The translations under genes were made by a program, and so were the position numbers. Under the pieces are notes generated by a model that did not search any database, was not told the DNA's origin, and was given only the letters and a program-made list of their open reading frames with translations. Below, piece after piece: positions 39,397 through 49,366 of a DNA stretch of 64,000 nt. The stretch covers positions 47,608 through 111,607 of the forward strand of contig JANLSU010000070.1 in the NCBI GenBank assembly GCA_031362565.1, written 5' to 3'. The DNA comes from a bacterium. GTDB lineage: Bacteria; Krumholzibacteriota; Krumholzibacteriia; G020349025. How positions within the stretch are numbered: position 1 is the first letter of the stretch; each line of letters opens with the position of its first letter.

Positions 39397-41316
39397 TCAC
39401 GCCTTGACGGTGCGCGGGCGCGCGGCGAGCGCCAGGAACAAGCAAACGACCGCAATGAGTGCCAGCGTAACGAGCTTGCCGGCGGTACCGGATACGAGCG
39501 GGTCGTGGGTTTTGGGAATCGCGCCGAAGCCCACGAGGGCGGCCACGAGGACGCCCGCCAGTCCCTCGCCGGCGACCAAGCCCGAGGCCGCCAACACGCC
39601 GGCGTCGCCGCCGGACTGCGCGGCGCGCTCGCCGCGCGAACGTTCGACGCGGGCCCGCACACAGCCGCCGACGAAAATCGGCAGCATCGAAGAGAGCGGC
39701 AAATACACCCCGATCGCGAACGCCAGGCCCGAAACCCCGCAGAGCATCGCGGCGCCCGAAACGCCGGCACCGCTCAGCACGAGCCCCCAAGGGAGATCGC
39801 CCGAGAGCACACCCTCGATGATGGTCTTCATGAGGGTGGCTTGCGGCGCCGCCAGTTCCGCCGAACCAAACTCGTAGGTGCGGCCGAGCAGCAACACCGT
39901 GCCGGCCACCGCCCAGCAGGCGAACGAAGCGCCGATGAGCTGCCCGAGCTGCTGTTTGGCCGGCGTCGCGCCGACCAAGAAGCCGGTCTTGAGATCCTGT
40001 GAAATGTCGCCGGCCTTGGAAGCGGCGATGGCGACAATGGTGCCGACGGTGAGCACCGCGGCGCGCGCATTCGCATCCCGCCATCCGAGGGCCGCGAACA
40101 CCGCCGCGACACCGAGCAGCGTCACGAGGGTGATTCCCGAAGTCGGTTGCGAGGAAACGCCGACGATTCCGACGATACGCGCCGCAACCGCCACGAAAAG
40201 AATACCGAACAGGCCGACGCCAGCCGCACACACGAGCCGCGCCCCGAGCCCCATGTGACCGGCGAAGACACCGGGCACGAGCGCCGAGACCACAATCACC
40301 GCGACGACGGCGCCAATGACGAAGCGGCCGGAAAGATCGCGATCGGCATCCGGATTGAGCACCGCCCCCGCCGGGGACTCGCCGCCGCCCGCATCGGGCC
40401 CGGCCGTTCGCCGTTCGGCTCGCAAGCCACGCGCCACGGCGCGAAAGGCGCCGAACATCGTCGGGAAATTGCGCACCACGGTCACAATGCCGGCGGTCGC
40501 AACCGCGCCCGCGCCCACAAAACGCACGTAGCGCGACCAAATCTGCCCCGACGTCATGTCGCCGACGAGTTTCTGTGTTTCGGGCAAAAGCGGTGTCGTG
40601 AGACTGACGCCGATGAATGCAATGAGCGGCGTCAGTGCAAACGCTGAAACGACAGATCCCGCGACAATGACCGCCGACTGGCGGTAGCCGAGGATGTAGC
40701 CGATCGCCAGCAATGCCGGTGCGAGTTCGATCGCGATTTCGGCTTTCGGCAAGAACGGCACTGCACCGGCGACGATGCCGGGCGAGAGAAAGAGCACGGC
40801 GATCAAGACCTTCACGCCGGCGCCGACGGCCATGCCGCGGAAAATCCAGACGCCGCCCGAGGCATCGGTGGTCGTGGCGCGCAACACTTCGGCGCACGCC
40901 GTGCCCTCGGGGTACGGCAGCTCCTTCGCGCCTTGGACGATCAACAAACGCCGCAACGGGATCATCGCCGCGAGCCCGAGCACGCCGCCCAGGAACGCCA
41001 GCACGACGACCTGCCAATAGGGCGGCGCCATGCCCCACAGGAAAAGCGCCGGAATGGTGAAGATGGTGCCGGAGGTGAGCGACGTCGAGGCCGAACCGAT
41101 CGTCTGCGCCAAGTTGGCTTCGAGAATCGTACCGCGCAGCCGGAAGACCTTGAAGACCGCGACCGCCATGACGGCCGCCGGAATCGACGCCGACACCGTC
41201 ATGCCGACGCGCAGGCCCAAGTAGGCATTTGCGGCCCCGAACACCAGCCCCAAGACAATGCCGGTGACGACCGCCTTGAAGGTGAACTCGGCAATGCCCT
41301 CGCGCGCGAACGCCAC
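39397..41316 (-). CDS. OPT-family oligopeptide transporter
   Basis: ANAYLGLRVGMTVSASIPAAV, LPYPEGTACA, SQDLKTGFLVGATP, APQATLM. Confidence 0.95.
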   Translation of the reverse strand: MAFAREGIAEFTFKAVVTGIVLGLVFGAANAYLGLRVGMTVSASIPAAVMAVAVFKVFRLRGTILEANLAQTIGSASTSLTSGTIFTIPALFLWGMAPPYWQVVVLAFLGGVLGLAAMIPLRRLLIVQGAKELPYPEGTACAEVLRATTTDASGGVWIFRGMAVGAGVKVLIAVLFLSPGIVAGAVPFLPKAEIAIELAPALLAIGYILGYRQSAVIVAGSVVSAFALTPLIAFIGVSLTTPLLPETQKLVGDMTSGQIWSRYVRFVGAGAVATAGIVTVVRNFPTMFGAFRAVARGLRAERRTAGPDAGGGESPAGAVLNPDADRDLSGRFVIGAVVAVIVVSALVPGVFAGHMGLGARLVCAAGVGLFGILFVAVAARIVGIVGVSSQPTSGITLVTLLGVAAVFAALGWRDANARAAVLTVGTIVAIAASKAGDISQDLKTGFLVGATPAKQQLGQLIGASFACWAVAGTVLLLGRTYEFGSAELAAPQATLMKTIIEGVLSGDLPWGLVLSGAGVSGAAMLCGVSGLAFAIGVYLPLSSMLPIFVGGCVRARVERSRGERAAQSGGDAGVLAASGLVAGEGLAGVLVAALVGFGAIPKTHDPLVSGTAGKLVTLALIAVVCLFLALAARPRTVKA

Positions 41317-41493
41317 GCAACAACCCCCTTTTGGAAGGCCGCACTGTAGCACTTCCGGCGCCCGGCGCGGTGGAGCGGTACCCGCCCGCTCGGCACAACT
41401 CTCCGGCTTGCGCGCACGCCTTCGACGGAGCAGAATTCCGGCACCTGTCCGCTGCGCATCAGGCCCCCGGCCTTCTGTGGAGGGCGATGTCGA

Positions 41494-41973
41494 ATGCGTC
41501 CGTCCGTACCTCGTTTCGTGTTGGTCCGCCGTCGCGCCGGAGCGGCGCTCATCGTCGGATGGGCACTCCTATTCGCCAATTGCGGCGATCACGCCACGGC
41601 GCCCCCGGCGCCGACGAACTTCCAGATCGTGAGTGGATTGGAAAACGGCTGGGCCGGGTCCGGCCACGAAATCCGCGTCGGACCTGTGGTCGCAGAGCGC
41701 GACTCATGGGCTGGGCGTGGCGCGCCGCATACGACCGCAACCATCCGGATCGACACCGCAACCCGGACCGCGCTCGTGGCTGCCGTCGACGAAAGCGCGC
41801 TCGGCGCATTGCCGGAGGTCATCGGCTGTCCCGGTTGCACCGACGGTCCGATGGAATGGATCGAGGTTCAACGCGGGGCGTTCCACAGGCGGGTGACTTT
41901 CAGTCCGTGGGATGATCTGGGCGCAGGCAATGCGGCATTGCTGCAACAAGTGCGGACGTTGCGCGCCGATTGA
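41494..41973 (+). CDS. hypothetical lipoprotein with CxxC motif
   Basis: Lipobox-like LFANC; IGCPGCTDGPMEWIEV. Confidence 0.6.
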   Translation: MRPSVPRFVLVRRRAGAALIVGWALLFANCGDHATAPPAPTNFQIVSGLENGWAGSGHEIRVGPVVAERDSWAGRGAPHTTATIRIDTATRTALVAAVDESALGALPEVIGCPGCTDGPMEWIEVQRGAFHRRVTFSPWDDLGAGNAALLQQVRTLRAD

Positions 41974-42143
41974 CCGCTCGTGGCAATCGCGGCATCAGCG
42001 ATCGTGCGCCGGGAGAACGACCACACGCTGCACGCCGCGCTCCGTGCCCGCATCGCCGACCACTGCCGAGTTCGCAGTCACGTTTGTCGAGAAGTACGCG
42101 GCGTCGAAGTCAATGGCAGAAGTTCGGGAGCATCCTCCGAAAC

Positions 42144-42545
42144 GTGGGCTGGCGAATTCCAAAGGAACACGGCGCTTGGGCGATGCTCCTCGTGCCCTTG
42201 GTGCTGGGCATCGCGGTAGGTGGCACGTGGCAATCGCGCGTGTTCGTCGTCGCGGCAGCGGCGATCGTCGCATTCACTTCGCGTGAGTCGCTCGCCATCG
42301 CAGTGCGCAAACGCCGGCGCGGCCGAGTTGTCGGGCCGGCGGTTCGAGATTTCGCGTTGCAGGCGGGGGTCGCGCTGGCGTGCGGAGTGTGGCTCGTGGT
42401 TCACGAGCGCCTCGTCGCGCTTGTGCCCATGGTTGCGGCAGGCATTCTTCTGCTGGGAATGCACGCCTTCCAGCTGCAACGGCGCGAGCAGCGCACTGTC
42501 AGTGCAGAAGTGCTCGTGATCCTGAGCCTGACGATGACGACTTGG
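42144..42545 (+). pseudogene. truncated YwiC-like membrane protein
   Basis: IPKEHGAWAMLLVP signature; hydrophobic character ends at ~42540 and the frame runs on antisense to the next gene until 42767. Confidence 0.55.
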
Positions 42546-42553
42546 AGCGGCGA

Positions 42554-43684
42554 TCATTCGTCGGGGAACTGGCCGCGCAATTCATCCGGGACGGGACCAT
42601 GGCCGCACCAACCGACGAAGCCGGCCGGCTTGGCTACCAGCCATTCGGGATGCGCGCCTCGCAGGTACGAGAGGCGCACGATGGGCTGCGGCAAGTCGAT
42701 TTCACGCAGATCGTCGAAACCAACGTCGGGTAGGAACGGCACCTTGAGCCGCAGGTGCGGCATGTAAATGCGCACACCGGTGAGCGCGACTTCCGGCGAC
42801 ACGTCGCCTTCCGGGCCGCAAGGCGATGTCCAGAAGAGAATCGCGCGCGGTTCGTGCACGCCCCACTTGCGGAGCAACAACCCGTTCATGTCGTGCAACA
42901 CGATCGCCTCGTACGGCGCCGGTGGGCCCGCCGCTTGGATGCGGTCCAGTTTGCAGGAATAGTGTTCGGGCATGAGCACTTCGACAACATCGTCGAGGCC
43001 GGTCGGCAGGAGCATGCTCAACATGCGGCGGCGCTGGCCGTCGATTTGAAAGTCGCGAATGCGTACCCGCACGCGCTTCCCGCCCATGGCAACCAGCGTA
43101 TCGAGATCGTGCCGCAGGTCGTACGTCAGGCACAGGTGCCCGAATCCCATCCGCGCCCGGCGCAACCGCGTGATGGGATACAGACCCGGGTCCGAGAAGC
43201 GTGCAAAGGCTCCCGCCAGTGCCGCTTCGTCGGCCTCGCGGACGCACGTCGTGTCGGTCGCGAACGCGGCGACATAGCTGTAGGCATTCCGGGTTGCGAG
43301 CCGCGCCAACAAGTGCGCCGCGTGGCGGGCGGCGCTCGAACCTGGAGTGCCGAAATGAGCGGCGCGATACAACGAGTCCACGCGCGCGAGCTCGCGTTCA
43401 TTGCCGTCGGCGAGCGTCTGGCCGACCGAATCGACGTCACAGGCCCGCAGGCGCACGATGCGCACTTGCGGGCCCAGACGGCACAGTGGACAGGGACGCG
43501 GCGTATCGTCGTCAAACCGTGCGTGCGGAGAAATCGACGCTGGAACCGCATCGATCATGGCGGGTTCGGAACCTGGAGCCCGTGCCAACTCCACGCCCAC
43601 ACTGGCCCCGGCGCGCGACAACAGTGCGCAGAGCGCGAGCGCCGAGGCGCGCCGCCAGCCAGTCTGGATATCGTGAGATCGCAC
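42554..43684 (-). CDS. exported hypothetical protein
   Basis: Long ORF with signal-like N-terminus; no family recognised; start uncertain. Confidence 0.55.
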   Translation of the reverse strand: MRSHDIQTGWRRASALALCALLSRAGASVGVELARAPGSEPAMIDAVPASISPHARFDDDTPRPCPLCRLGPQVRIVRLRACDVDSVGQTLADGNERELARVDSLYRAAHFGTPGSSAARHAAHLLARLATRNAYSYVAAFATDTTCVREADEAALAGAFARFSDPGLYPITRLRRARMGFGHLCLTYDLRHDLDTLVAMGGKRVRVRIRDFQIDGQRRRMLSMLLPTGLDDVVEVLMPEHYSCKLDRIQAAGPPAPYEAIVLHDMNGLLLRKWGVHEPRAILFWTSPCGPEGDVSPEVALTGVRIYMPHLRLKVPFLPDVGFDDLREIDLPQPIVRLSYLRGAHPEWLVAKPAGFVGWCGHGPVPDELRGQFPDE

Positions 43685-43720
43685 CTCGAAAGCAAAGCAA
43701 CGACCGGGCCGAAGCGGCCG

Positions 43721-43759
43721 CCAAAGCAAAGCCCCTTGCCGCCAGGAACGGCAAGGGGC
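43721..43759 (-). terminator. rho-independent terminator after 43793..44524
   Basis: 10-bp stem GCCCCTTGCC/GGCAAGGGGC, 9-nt loop, then TTTGCTTT on minus strand. Confidence 0.65.
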
Positions 43760-43792
43760 CGCGATCGGGAACGGACGCCGCGAAGTCGGCGC

Positions 43793-43840
43793 TCAGCGGT
43801 ACAGGGCCTTGACGCCCGACCACGGCGCGGATTCGACGCC
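43793..43840 (-). other. shared C-terminal motif copy 3: GVESAPWSGVKALYR*
   Basis: Gap-free alignment with the other two tails. Confidence 0.8.
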
Positions 43841-44524
43841 GACCAAACCGGTCGTGTATTGGATCCCAAGAATCGGCCGGTTCTCGGTGAGCGCATTCTC
43901 CTTGGTATCGAAACGGCGCGCGTTCGATCCGCCACCCTCGACACCGCGCACGATCCAACCGTAACTCGTCGCCGGCGTGTCGAGCCAACTTTGCACATCA
44001 GCCACCATTTGCGCCGTCGATCCCCACACGTATGTGCCGGCGTCGCCGACGTTCTGTGACGCACTGACGGTCGCATCAAAGTCACCGCCCGGGGTCGTCC
44101 ACAACGAGCCGGGAAAGAACGTGTGAATCCAGGTTGCATCGCCCGGTGCCGCAGCCGTGCCCGTGCCGCCCGGATCGCCGGCGTCCGACGCACCCTCACC
44201 CCAGTTGGCGAGCACCCGGTTCAACGTGCAGGCAACTGCCGGCGCCAGAAAGGGCGCGCGCGAGCAATGCAAGGTCAGGGTCACGGACTGGATCGTCGAC
44301 CCCGCGGGAACGGCACTCGCAACGTCGAACGCCAAGAGACCGCGCCGGACACTGCCGGCCTGGCCGGCGAACAAATAGGCGCCGGCGCCGTTGCTGAGGC
44401 CGCCCGTGCCGTCCAAATAGAGGGTGTTGTCCTTCGAAGCGCCGACGGCGGCGAAGTCGGCGAAGGCCGCGTGCGCAGCCAGAACCATCAAGCAAGCGAA
44501 CGTCGTCCCAAGAGCAAATTTCAT
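43793..44524 (-). CDS. secreted DNRLRE-domain (CBM96-like) protein with W-K-Y tail
   Basis: KDNTLY, RRGLLAFDV..VPAGSTIQSVTLTL, WGEG, ATW, WTTPGGDF, DVQSWL, RPILGIQY; GAGGAGG RBS. Confidence 0.82.
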   Translation of the reverse strand: MKFALGTTFACLMVLAAHAAFADFAAVGASKDNTLYLDGTGGLSNGAGAYLFAGQAGSVRRGLLAFDVASAVPAGSTIQSVTLTLHCSRAPFLAPAVACTLNRVLANWGEGASDAGDPGGTGTAAAPGDATWIHTFFPGSLWTTPGGDFDATVSASQNVGDAGTYVWGSTAQMVADVQSWLDTPATSYGWIVRGVEGGGSNARRFDTKENALTENRPILGIQYTTGLVGVESAPWSGVKALYR

Positions 44525-44675
44525 GCGGCTCGACCTCCTCGAGATGCGGTGCACTGTGTGAGTTGCTAGTATATCCTGCCGCGCGACCGCACCGCGACCC
44601 CAAGCGGTACAAAGTTCGATCGCGCATTGCTCGATGGCCGCGTTGACCATGTGGCGTGTCCGCTGAAGGGACCAC

Positions 44676-45179
44676 ATGACCGCCTCCGACCCCGGCCCGC
44701 GTCGTGTGCCCCGCCGACTGTGGCGCGCCCTGGGCGTCGCGGCGCTCCTGCCGCCCTTTGCGGCGGCGTTCTATTCGCTTTCCGAGCCGTGGGCGAAGGC
44801 GCGCGTCATCGTGCTTTGGGGCATCTCACGCAGCATCGGGGCCACCCTCCTCGTGGCCGCCGGTCTAGCGGTGGCATTCGCCGCCTGCGCCTGGCTGGCA
44901 TGGACGGGACGGCGTTTGCGCTTGGCGGCCGTGGTCCATCTCGCGACGGGAACCCTCCTCGGATTCATTTCGTGGCAGGCCTTCGCGATGGTGCGCGACG
45001 CCGGCATCCGGGGCTTGGGCATCCTGCCGATTGCCACCGTGCATCCCGGACGTGGCCTGCAGGTATTCTTTGCAGCGGCGCTTTGGCTCGTGGCGCTCGG
45101 GCTGGTGGAAGTCGCGCTGTCCTTCGAGTTTCCACGCCCCAGGCGGCTGCGGCGCGCGGGCCACCGCGCAGCCGATTGA
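44676..45179 (+). CDS. hypothetical membrane protein (about 4 TM)
   Basis: Four hydrophobic segments; AAGGGGA RBS. Confidence 0.6.
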   Translation: MTASDPGPRRVPRRLWRALGVAALLPPFAAAFYSLSEPWAKARVIVLWGISRSIGATLLVAAGLAVAFAACAWLAWTGRRLRLAAVVHLATGTLLGFISWQAFAMVRDAGIRGLGILPIATVHPGRGLQVFFAAALWLVALGLVEVALSFEFPRPRRLRRAGHRAAD

Positions 45180-45252
45180 CGCCGGACCAATCGAGCCGCC
45201 ATTCTGCCGAGTAGTTCCGCGGACCCGCGCGGGCCCCTGTGCCTCCTTGGGA

Positions 45253-47445
45253 GTGCGACGTTTGTCCGGCTCGCTATTCGTTTCCGACGACGAAAACACA
45301 TCCCTCGAGGGCGTCCTCGAGCAAGTGGTCTATTCGAGTCCCGAGACGGGTTGGACCGTGGCGCGCATTTCGACCCGCGACCCGAACCCGGTGACCATCG
45401 TCGGGACGCTTTCCGGGGTGCAACCGGGTGAAAGCCTGCGCCTGAACGGCCGTTGGGTCGAGGATCGCAAGTACGGCCGCCAGTTCCGGGTCGAATCCTA
45501 TCTGAGCGTGCAGCCGACAACGCTCGTCGGCATCGAGCGCTATCTCGGATCGGGGCTGGTGCACGGCATCGGGCCGGTGACCGCGCGCCGCCTCGTGGCC
45601 CATTTCGGGCTCGAGACCCTCCGCGTCATCGACGAGGAAGCCACCCGCCTGCACGAAGTGCCGGGAATCGGCCGTACCAAGATCAAGGCGATCCAAGAAA
45701 AGTGGCGCGAGCAGCGCGGCGTCCGCGACGTCATGGTGTTCTTGCAGTCGTATGGGATCGGCGCCGCACAGGCCCGGCGCATCTACAAGCGCTACGGCGC
45801 CCAAGCCAACGCCATCGTGCGCCAGAATCCGTACCAACTGGCGCGCGATGTCGCGGGGATCGGATTCTTGTCGGCGGATCGTATCGCCCGCGCCCTCGGC
45901 ACCCCGGTCGATGCGCCGCAACGCATCGAAGCCGGCGTGCTCCACGCGCTCGAGACGGCGCGCGACGAGGGGCATTGCTACTTGCCGCGCGAGCGGCTCG
46001 TGCTCGCCGCGGCGGCGCTGCTCGAGTGCGAAACGGCCGCGGCCGAGGCAGCGGTCGACCGGCTGGCATTGCGTGGCGAGGTCAAACCCGAGCCCGAGGT
46101 AGACGATTGCCCGGTGTACGACGCGACACTGTACGGCATCGAAGCCGCAGTCGCACGCGGCTTGCACCGGCTGCTCCGCGCCCCGCGGCGTCCAGCGTCG
46201 AAGATCGATGCCGCCCTCGACGAGTACGAAGCGCAGGAGGGCATTCAGCTTGCCCCGTCGCAACGGCGCGCCGTGGCGCGCGCGCTCGAAGTGCCCGTAT
46301 TGGTCGTGACCGGTGGGCCCGGAACAGGTAAGACGACCCTCGTGCGCGCCGTATTGCACGCCCTCGAACGCCGCGGCGAGCGGGCGCTGCTCTCGGCACC
46401 CACCGGACGAGCCGCGAAACGCCTCTCGGAGACCACCGACCACCCAGCGCAAACGATTCACCGGCTCCTCGAGTGGAATCCGCGCGAACTGCGGTTCCAG
46501 CGTGATGCGGCTTCGCCGCTCGAAGCCGATCTCATCGTCGTCGATGAAGTTTCGATGGTGGATCTTGCCCTTCTGCGTTCGTTGCTGGACGCGATTCCAA
46601 ACCAGGCGCGCCTGCTCTTGGTCGGCGACTCCGATCAGCTGCCGTCCGTCGGCCCGGGAGCGGTGCTTGCCGATTGCATCGACTCCGGCGTGGTGGAGTT
46701 CGTGCGTCTGCAGCAGATCTATCGCCAGGACGAGGCGAGCTGCATCGTCACCAACGCGCACCGCATTCGCGACGGCGAGGCGCCGTTGTTGCCGCCCGCC
46801 GGTGAGCGCGGCGATTTCGTGCTCGTCGAACGCAATGCGCCGGACGATGTTCTCGGCACTCTCAGGACGCTCGTCGCCGACCGCCTGCCGGCCGCACTCG
46901 GCGTCGATCCGCGCGGCGACATCCAGGTGCTGGTTCCCATGCACCGCGGCACGCTGGGTGCGGCCGCCATCAATGCGGCGCTGCAGGATGCCCTGAACCC
47001 GGACGGCGCACCGGTGGGCGCGGGCGGGTTGCGCGTCGGTGACAAGGTGATGCAAACCCGCAACAACTACGATCTCGAAGTCTTCAACGGTGATCTTGGG
47101 ATCGTCGAGGCTTGGAACGAGGCCGACCGCACGTTGTACGCGCGGTTCGACGAGCGGCGGGTCGTGTATGAAGCGAGCGACCTGCCGGAACTGGCCCTCG
47201 CCTATGCCTGCACGGTGCACAAATCACAGGGCAGCGAATACCCGGTCGTCATTCTCGTGCTGCACCGCCAGCATCACGTCATGTTGCAGCGGAATCTCGT
47301 CTATACGGCAGTGACGCGGGCGCGCCGCCAGGTCGTCGTGCTGGGCGAATCGGGCGCTTTGCGCACGGCGCTCTCCAATGGCCGCGTGCAGGAACGCTGG
47401 ACGCGCCTCGCGGCGCGGCTCCAAGCACTCTCAGCCGCCGTGTAG
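45253..47445 (+). CDS. recD2: ATP-dependent RecD-like DNA helicase
   Basis: YLGSGLVHGIGP, NPYQL, TGGPGTGKTT, APTGRAAKR, DEVSM, GDSDQLPSVG, TVHKSQGSEY, YTAVTRA. Confidence 0.96.
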   Translation: MRRLSGSLFVSDDENTSLEGVLEQVVYSSPETGWTVARISTRDPNPVTIVGTLSGVQPGESLRLNGRWVEDRKYGRQFRVESYLSVQPTTLVGIERYLGSGLVHGIGPVTARRLVAHFGLETLRVIDEEATRLHEVPGIGRTKIKAIQEKWREQRGVRDVMVFLQSYGIGAAQARRIYKRYGAQANAIVRQNPYQLARDVAGIGFLSADRIARALGTPVDAPQRIEAGVLHALETARDEGHCYLPRERLVLAAAALLECETAAAEAAVDRLALRGEVKPEPEVDDCPVYDATLYGIEAAVARGLHRLLRAPRRPASKIDAALDEYEAQEGIQLAPSQRRAVARALEVPVLVVTGGPGTGKTTLVRAVLHALERRGERALLSAPTGRAAKRLSETTDHPAQTIHRLLEWNPRELRFQRDAASPLEADLIVVDEVSMVDLALLRSLLDAIPNQARLLLVGDSDQLPSVGPGAVLADCIDSGVVEFVRLQQIYRQDEASCIVTNAHRIRDGEAPLLPPAGERGDFVLVERNAPDDVLGTLRTLVADRLPAALGVDPRGDIQVLVPMHRGTLGAAAINAALQDALNPDGAPVGAGGLRVGDKVMQTRNNYDLEVFNGDLGIVEAWNEADRTLYARFDERRVVYEASDLPELALAYACTVHKSQGSEYPVVILVLHRQHHVMLQRNLVYTAVTRARRQVVVLGESGALRTALSNGRVQERWTRLAARLQALSAAV

Positions 47446-48207
47446 ATAGCGGCTGAAATTCGCCTGCAGGCGCGCCGCAACCTGCGGCAGCGATTCGCCA
47501 CGCAACGCCGCGAGGCGTTCGGCAACCTGGCGGGCCCAGGCGGGGCGCGCCGGCTGGCCGCCGAATTTGACGGGGCTATCGGTTTCGACGAGCAGCCAGT
47601 CGCCGTCGATGGCCGCGGCGACGGCGGCCTGCTCGGGATCGTCGAGGATCGACGGCCCGGGTGATATGAAGAGGCCGCTCGCGGCAGCAGCTTTGGCGAG
47701 TTTCAACGAGTGCGTGAACCAGTGCAGGTTCACCCCGAGGCCGGTGCGCGCGACGAACTCCGCTGCGGTGGTGAAGATCTCGCGCTCGGCGCGCCGGCAG
47801 TGCACGTTGGCGGGCTTGCGAAGTGCCGCGGCCCACTCGAGTTGTTGTTGCAACGCCTGGCGCTGCCGGTCGCGCTGTACCGCATCGACCGCGTCCTTGA
47901 AATCGAGTCCGACTTCGCCGAGTGCGTCGGCCGTGCCGAGTGCATCGCGCACGAAATCGAGCTCGCGCTGTAGCGCTCCGGCATCGAGACGCGGGATTTC
48001 ACTCGGGTGCAGGCCCACCGCGGCGCGGACCTGATGCGGATGCAGGGCCCGCAGTGCGAGGGCGCGCCGGCTCGACGCGGCACACATGCCGACCGCGAGC
48101 ACCGGCCCGACGCCGGCGGCAAGCGCTTCGTCGAGTGCCTGAGCGGGATCGGCGAGAGCGTCCAAGTGGCAGTGCGCGTCAGGGATTCGGAGATCGGGGT
48201 CCTGCAC
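47431..48207 (-). CDS. tatD: TatD-family hydrolase
   Basis: DAHCHL, GLHP, GEVGLD, HCR, HWF, ETDSP; GGAGG RBS before GTG. Confidence 0.88.
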   Translation of the reverse strand: MQDPDLRIPDAHCHLDALADPAQALDEALAAGVGPVLAVGMCAASSRRALALRALHPHQVRAAVGLHPSEIPRLDAGALQRELDFVRDALGTADALGEVGLDFKDAVDAVQRDRQRQALQQQLEWAAALRKPANVHCRRAEREIFTTAAEFVARTGLGVNLHWFTHSLKLAKAAAASGLFISPGPSILDDPEQAAVAAAIDGDWLLVETDSPVKFGGQPARPAWARQVAERLAALRGESLPQVAARLQANFSRYLHGG

Positions 48208-48291
48208 TGATGCCTCCTGGCGGCGCTGCGGACGACCCGCTATAACGGAAGCGGCGCCGTGCGGGCGCCTTGAGCTCGAGAAAGGCCTCCG

Positions 48292-49362
48292 ATGAGCCGG
48301 CACCGACGCGCGACCCGTCCGACCTCGAAAGCCGGGATGCCCCCCGGCACCTTGGTGTACACGGGCGAACGCAAGCTCGACAAGACCCGCCTGACGCTCA
48401 TCGACTACGACGCCCAGACGCTCAACGAAGTGGCCTCCGAGACGCTGACCGGCTGCCTGGCCCGCCGGGACGCGCCGAGCGTCACATGGATCAACGTCGA
48501 TGGCTTGCACGACGTGGACTTGGTCGCCGCAGTGGGCAACGGCTATGGCGTGCATCCGCTGGCGCTCGAAGACGTCTTGTCGATCCACCAGCGTCCCAAG
48601 TTCGAAGACTATGAATCGCATCTCTTTCTCGTCGTGCAAATGATGGCGTGGGACGCGGCGGCCGAGTCGGTTTCCTCCGAGCAGGTGAGTTTCGTTCTCG
48701 GGCCCCATTTCCTGCTCACGTTTCAGGAACAGGGCGGTGACGTCTTCGACCCGATTCGCGAGCGTTTGCGTGCCAACCGCGGCCGCCTCCGCAAACTGGG
48801 ACCGGACTACCTGCTCTACGCGCTCCTGGATGTCATCGTCGACAACTACTTTGTAATACTGGAAAAGCTCGACGAACGCATCGAGCAACTCGAGGAGGAA
48901 CTCACCCAGTCGCCGAGCCACTTGACGTTGCAGGCCATTCATCGCATGAAACGCGAAATGATCTTTCTCCGCCGGGCGGTGTGGCCGCTGCGGGAAGTCA
49001 TTGGTGCGATCGGGCGGACCGAGTCGGATCTGATCCAACCCGAGACGCGCCTCTTCCTGCGCGACATCCAGGATCACGCCATGCAGGTCATCGAAACCGT
49101 CGAGACGTTCCGCGACCTTTTGGCCGGGATGCTGGACCTCTACATGTCGACGATCAGCAATCGCCTCAACGCGGTCATGAAGGTGCTGACCATCATCGCC
49201 ACCATCTTCATCCCGTTGACGTTCATTGCCGGCGTCTACGGCATGAACTTCGAGTTCATGCCGGAGCTGCACTGGCGCTGGGCCTACCCTGCCATCCTCG
49301 CGATCATGCTGTTGATCGGCGGCGGGATGCTGTGGATTTTTCGCAAGCGCGGCTGGCTATGA
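48292..49362 (+). CDS. corA: magnesium/cobalt transporter
   Basis: GMPPGTLVY, HPLALED..QRPK, YGMNFEFMPEL. Confidence 0.96.
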   Translation: MSRHRRATRPTSKAGMPPGTLVYTGERKLDKTRLTLIDYDAQTLNEVASETLTGCLARRDAPSVTWINVDGLHDVDLVAAVGNGYGVHPLALEDVLSIHQRPKFEDYESHLFLVVQMMAWDAAAESVSSEQVSFVLGPHFLLTFQEQGGDVFDPIRERLRANRGRLRKLGPDYLLYALLDVIVDNYFVILEKLDERIEQLEEELTQSPSHLTLQAIHRMKREMIFLRRAVWPLREVIGAIGRTESDLIQPETRLFLRDIQDHAMQVIETVETFRDLLAGMLDLYMSTISNRLNAVMKVLTIIATIFIPLTFIAGVYGMNFEFMPELHWRWAYPAILAIMLLIGGGMLWIFRKRGWL

Positions 49363-49366
49363 GGGA

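Noticed and set aside
39155..41398. 747-aa minus-strand ORF
   Set aside because: Alternative frame over the OPT transporter; Arg-rich with no motifs
47431..47445. recD2/tatD convergent overlap as a functional DNA-processing pair
   Set aside because: 15-nt tail-to-tail overlaps are common; opposite strands and both are ordinary housekeeping genes
48208..49272. Apparent 613-aa TatD fusion
   Set aside because: The extension is antisense to corA; TatD starts at GTG 48207
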